Of a DNA stretch of 64,000 nt, positions 61,819-64,000 are shown one piece after another; the stretch's first letter is position 1; each line of letters starts with the position of its first letter. This stretch comes from Candidatus Krumholzibacteriia bacterium. GTDB taxonomy: Bacteria; Krumholzibacteriota; Krumholzibacteriia; Krumholzibacteriales; Krumholzibacteriaceae. A program made the position numbers and the translations under genes. The DNA lies in the NCBI GenBank assembly GCA_963836185.1, contig CAWIIQ010000001.1, positions 832,001-896,000 on the forward strand, read 5' to 3'. A model generated the notes under the pieces. The model worked only from the letters and a program-made list of their open reading frames with translations, was not told the origin of the DNA and ran no database searches.

Positions 61819-62480
61819 AACTCGTGTCCAAGCTCTGTCACCGAACTGACCCCTTCCATGCCTGACAGCTCCTTAATTATTACCAGGTGCGTCTTTTTCG
61901 ATGTGTTGTATTCGATGATAACGTGCCATGTCCCCGCTGAAAGCTTGACGTCGTGGACCTCTGTAGCGATTTTCAGCTTCGAGAACTCTTTCAGCACTGC
62001 CGGGATCATCCCATCACGGGGCTCAAGCACGAGCTGGATGATGTGGTTCGCGTGGAAGTGATGGATGCCTGACTCGAAGAACCTCACCGCGATCAGTGTA
62101 AGTGTGATGATAGCGGCTCCCGCGACGGCCAGAAGGGTATATCCCGCTCCTATGGCGACCCCAAGGGCGGCGAGGACCCAGATCGTAGCTGCAGTGGTCA
62201 GGCCGGAAACAGTGAATCGAGATCGCATGATCGTGCCGGCGCAGAGGAATCCGACGCCCGTTACGACCTGGGCGGCTATCCTTCCCGGATCGGCTATCCC
62301 GGCGGCCGTCCTGGCCACTTCGATAGAGATGATCATGAAGAGGCACGAACCGACGCATATCAGGATATTCGTCCTGATGCCGGCCGGCTTTCCCTTGAAC
62401 TCACGTTCGAGCCCGACGACTCCTCCTACGAGAAGCGCTATGAAGAGTCTGAAGATATAGACTGTGATCGGCTCTGTCAT
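61815..62480 (-). CDS. MgtC/SapB family protein
   Basis: GLERE..KPAGIRT, DPGRIAAQVVTGVGF, GLTTAATIW. Confidence 0.92.
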   Translation of the reverse strand: MTEPITVYIFRLFIALLVGGVVGLEREFKGKPAGIRTNILICVGSCLFMIISIEVARTAAGIADPGRIAAQVVTGVGFLCAGTIMRSRFTVSGLTTAATIWVLAALGVAIGAGYTLLAVAGAAIITLTLIAVRFFESGIHHFHANHIIQLVLEPRDGMIPAVLKEFSKLKIATEVHDVKLSAGTWHVIIEYNTSKKTHLVIIKELSGMEGVSSVTELGHEF

Positions 62481-62608
62481 CGGATCCCCCTTCCGCTGTT
62501 TCAGGATGATTCTATTTCTACTGACAGCCATGCGGCAAGCGTTTTCGCTGGAAAAGGAACCCTTTCGCCGGTATCTTAATACAGCTTTTTACTCATCGAA
62601 AGAGCCTG

Positions 62609-64000
62609 ATGGATATAAGGAAGATACTCGATCCGCATCTCAAAGAGAACGCAGGCAGGCTGTCTCTCACAGTCAGGGGACGGGTCCAGGGTGTTGGGTT
62701 CCGGCCCGCGGTCTACAGAATGGCAGTAGCTGCCGGCCTGGCGGGCTCGGTGAGGAACACGAGACGAGGCGTCGTCATCGAGATAGAAGGAGGACGGGAG
62801 GCTGTCCTTTCGTTCGCCTCGTCGCTCGAGAACGATCTGCCTCCCCTGGCAAGGATCGATTCGCTCGAGGCGGTGAGGATCGATACCGCCGGCGAAGAGG
62901 TGTTCGTCATCGCCCCGAGCGATGAAACGGGCGGGACGGACGCGCTCTATCCCGTCGACACCGCCGTCTGCGCCGACTGCCTTCGCGAGATGAAAGACAA
63001 AAGCGATCCGAGGTACAGGTATCCATTTATCAACTGCACGAACTGCGGGCCGAGATTCACGATAATCGAGGGGCTGCCTTACGACAGGCCCCTTACAACT
63101 ATGAGCGAGTTCGAGATGGACGGATTGTGCGGCGGGCAGTATACCGATCCTGCCGACAGGAGGTTCCACGCCGAGCCGATATCATGTCCCGGGTGCGGGC
63201 CTTCGCTGTCGCTGATCGACGCGGACCGCCTTGTGATACCGGGAGATCCGGTCGATGAGGCGAAACGTCTCATCGCCGCCGGAAAGATACTGGCTGTAAA
63301 GGGCCTCGGGGGATACCACCTCGCCTGTCTTGCATCCAGCGTCGATGCTGTCTCGACACTTCGCGAGCGAAAGAAACGCCCGGCGAAGCCGTTCGCCGTG
63401 ATGTTCCGCAATATCGATACACTGAAGATGTTCTGCAGGGTGGGGGATGTCGAGCGCGGGCTCCTTCTTTCGCCGGAGGCACCGATCGTTCTTCTGAGAA
63501 ACAGGGGAGCCGGCCTGCTCTCCGAAGGGATAGCTCCGGGAAACAGGTTCACCGGGGCGTTCCTGCCATACACTCCGGTGCAGCACCTGATAATGGAGGA
63601 TTTCGAGGCGCTCGTTATGACCTCGGCCAACTTCACCGACGAGCCGCTGATATCGACCGAGGAAGAGCTTGGCGGGATACTCGGAGCGATCGCCGACGCG
63701 GCTCTGGTCAATGACAGGCGGATATCTCACAAGTGCGATGATTCGATATTCTTCGTCCCGGGCGGGACCCCTGTGCCGGTGCGCCGCGCCAGGGGATTCG
63801 TGCCCGAGCCCGTGCCGATAAGTCCCGGCGCCGGGGTCAGCATCCTCGGGCTTGGCGGCCAGGCGAAGGGGACCTTCACGATGACGAAGGGCGACGCCGC
63901 CTTCGTCTCACCCCATCTCGGGGACCTCGGAGACTTCAGGAGCCAGAAGAACTACCGTAGCGAGCTCGTTTCCTTCGAGAAGATGCTCGGGGTATCTCCC
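62609..64000 (+). CDS. hypF: Hydrogenase maturation carbamoyltransferase HypF (runs off the window end)
   Basis: Hand translation from ATG 62609: RGRVQGVGFRP, D.AVCADC, YPFINCTNCGPRF, RRFHAEPISCPGCGP, KGLGGYHL, RKKRPAKPFAVM. Confidence 0.93.
   Translation, partial: MDIRKILDPHLKENAGRLSLTVRGRVQGVGFRPAVYRMAVAAGLAGSVRNTRRGVVIEIEGGREAVLSFASSLENDLPPLARIDSLEAVRIDTAGEEVFVIAPSDETGGTDALYPVDTAVCADCLREMKDKSDPRYRYPFINCTNCGPRFTIIEGLPYDRPLTTMSEFEMDGLCGGQYTDPADRRFHAEPISCPGCGPSLSLIDADRLVIPGDPVDEAKRLIAAGKILAVKGLGGYHLACLASSVDAVSTLRERKKRPAKPFAVMFRNIDTLKMFCRVGDVERGLLLSPEAPIVLLRNRGAGLLSEGIAPGNRFTGAFLPYTPVQHLIMEDFEALVMTSANFTDEPLISTEEELGGILGAIADAALVNDRRISHKCDDSIFFVPGGTPVPVRRARGFVPEPVPISPGAGVSILGLGGQAKGTFTMTKGDAAFVSPHLGDLGDFRSQKNYRSELVSFEKMLGVSP

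Noticed and set aside
1-64000. CRISPR arrays, tRNA/rRNA genes, prophage or known anti-phage defence systems
   Set aside because: No regularly spaced repeats, cloverleaf or rRNA-like sequence, phage genes or recognisable defence domains were seen by eye.

Overview
A 64 kb bacterial chromosomal segment, probably from an anaerobic, GC-rich diderm and possibly a long-read MAG: about 10 scattered single-base indels break otherwise intact genes. Left to right: (1) a damage-tolerance pair, a Y-family DinB/ImuB-like gene with a degenerate active site plus dnaE2, split by an opposite-strand 4-His membrane protein; (2) a ~31 kb surface-glycan locus (5.1-36.1 kb) with GT4s, two CapK/phenylacetate-CoA-ligase-like enzymes, two CapA-family proteins, an AsnB-like and a QueC-like PP-loop enzyme, acetyltransferases, a Wzx flippase, two GT-C-like membrane proteins, a Wzy/WaaL-family protein and an embedded murA-murB pair, ending in an AT-richer capA next to an IS21-like end; (3) a redox locus (36.8-49.7 kb) with an HTH-less REC-AsnC regulator, a NuoE/NuoF/GltD-NuoG-fusion complex of the Sporomusa Stn/NfnABC type, a Cys-motif PAS histidine kinase, an NtrC-like regulator with a degenerate AAA+ domain, and canonical nfnAB; (4) a minus-strand block with MBOAT and SGNH-like genes, an OmpR-type two-component pair and a signal-peptide CBM9/LolA-like/O-methyltransferase fusion; (5) a solo IS3 OrfA with a structured leader between two near-identical sigma70 promoters; (6) dcp, DUF1648, radical SAM, MgtC and a partial hypF. 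No rRNA, tRNA or CRISPR array was seen. All family calls come from visual motif recognition; no database searches were run.
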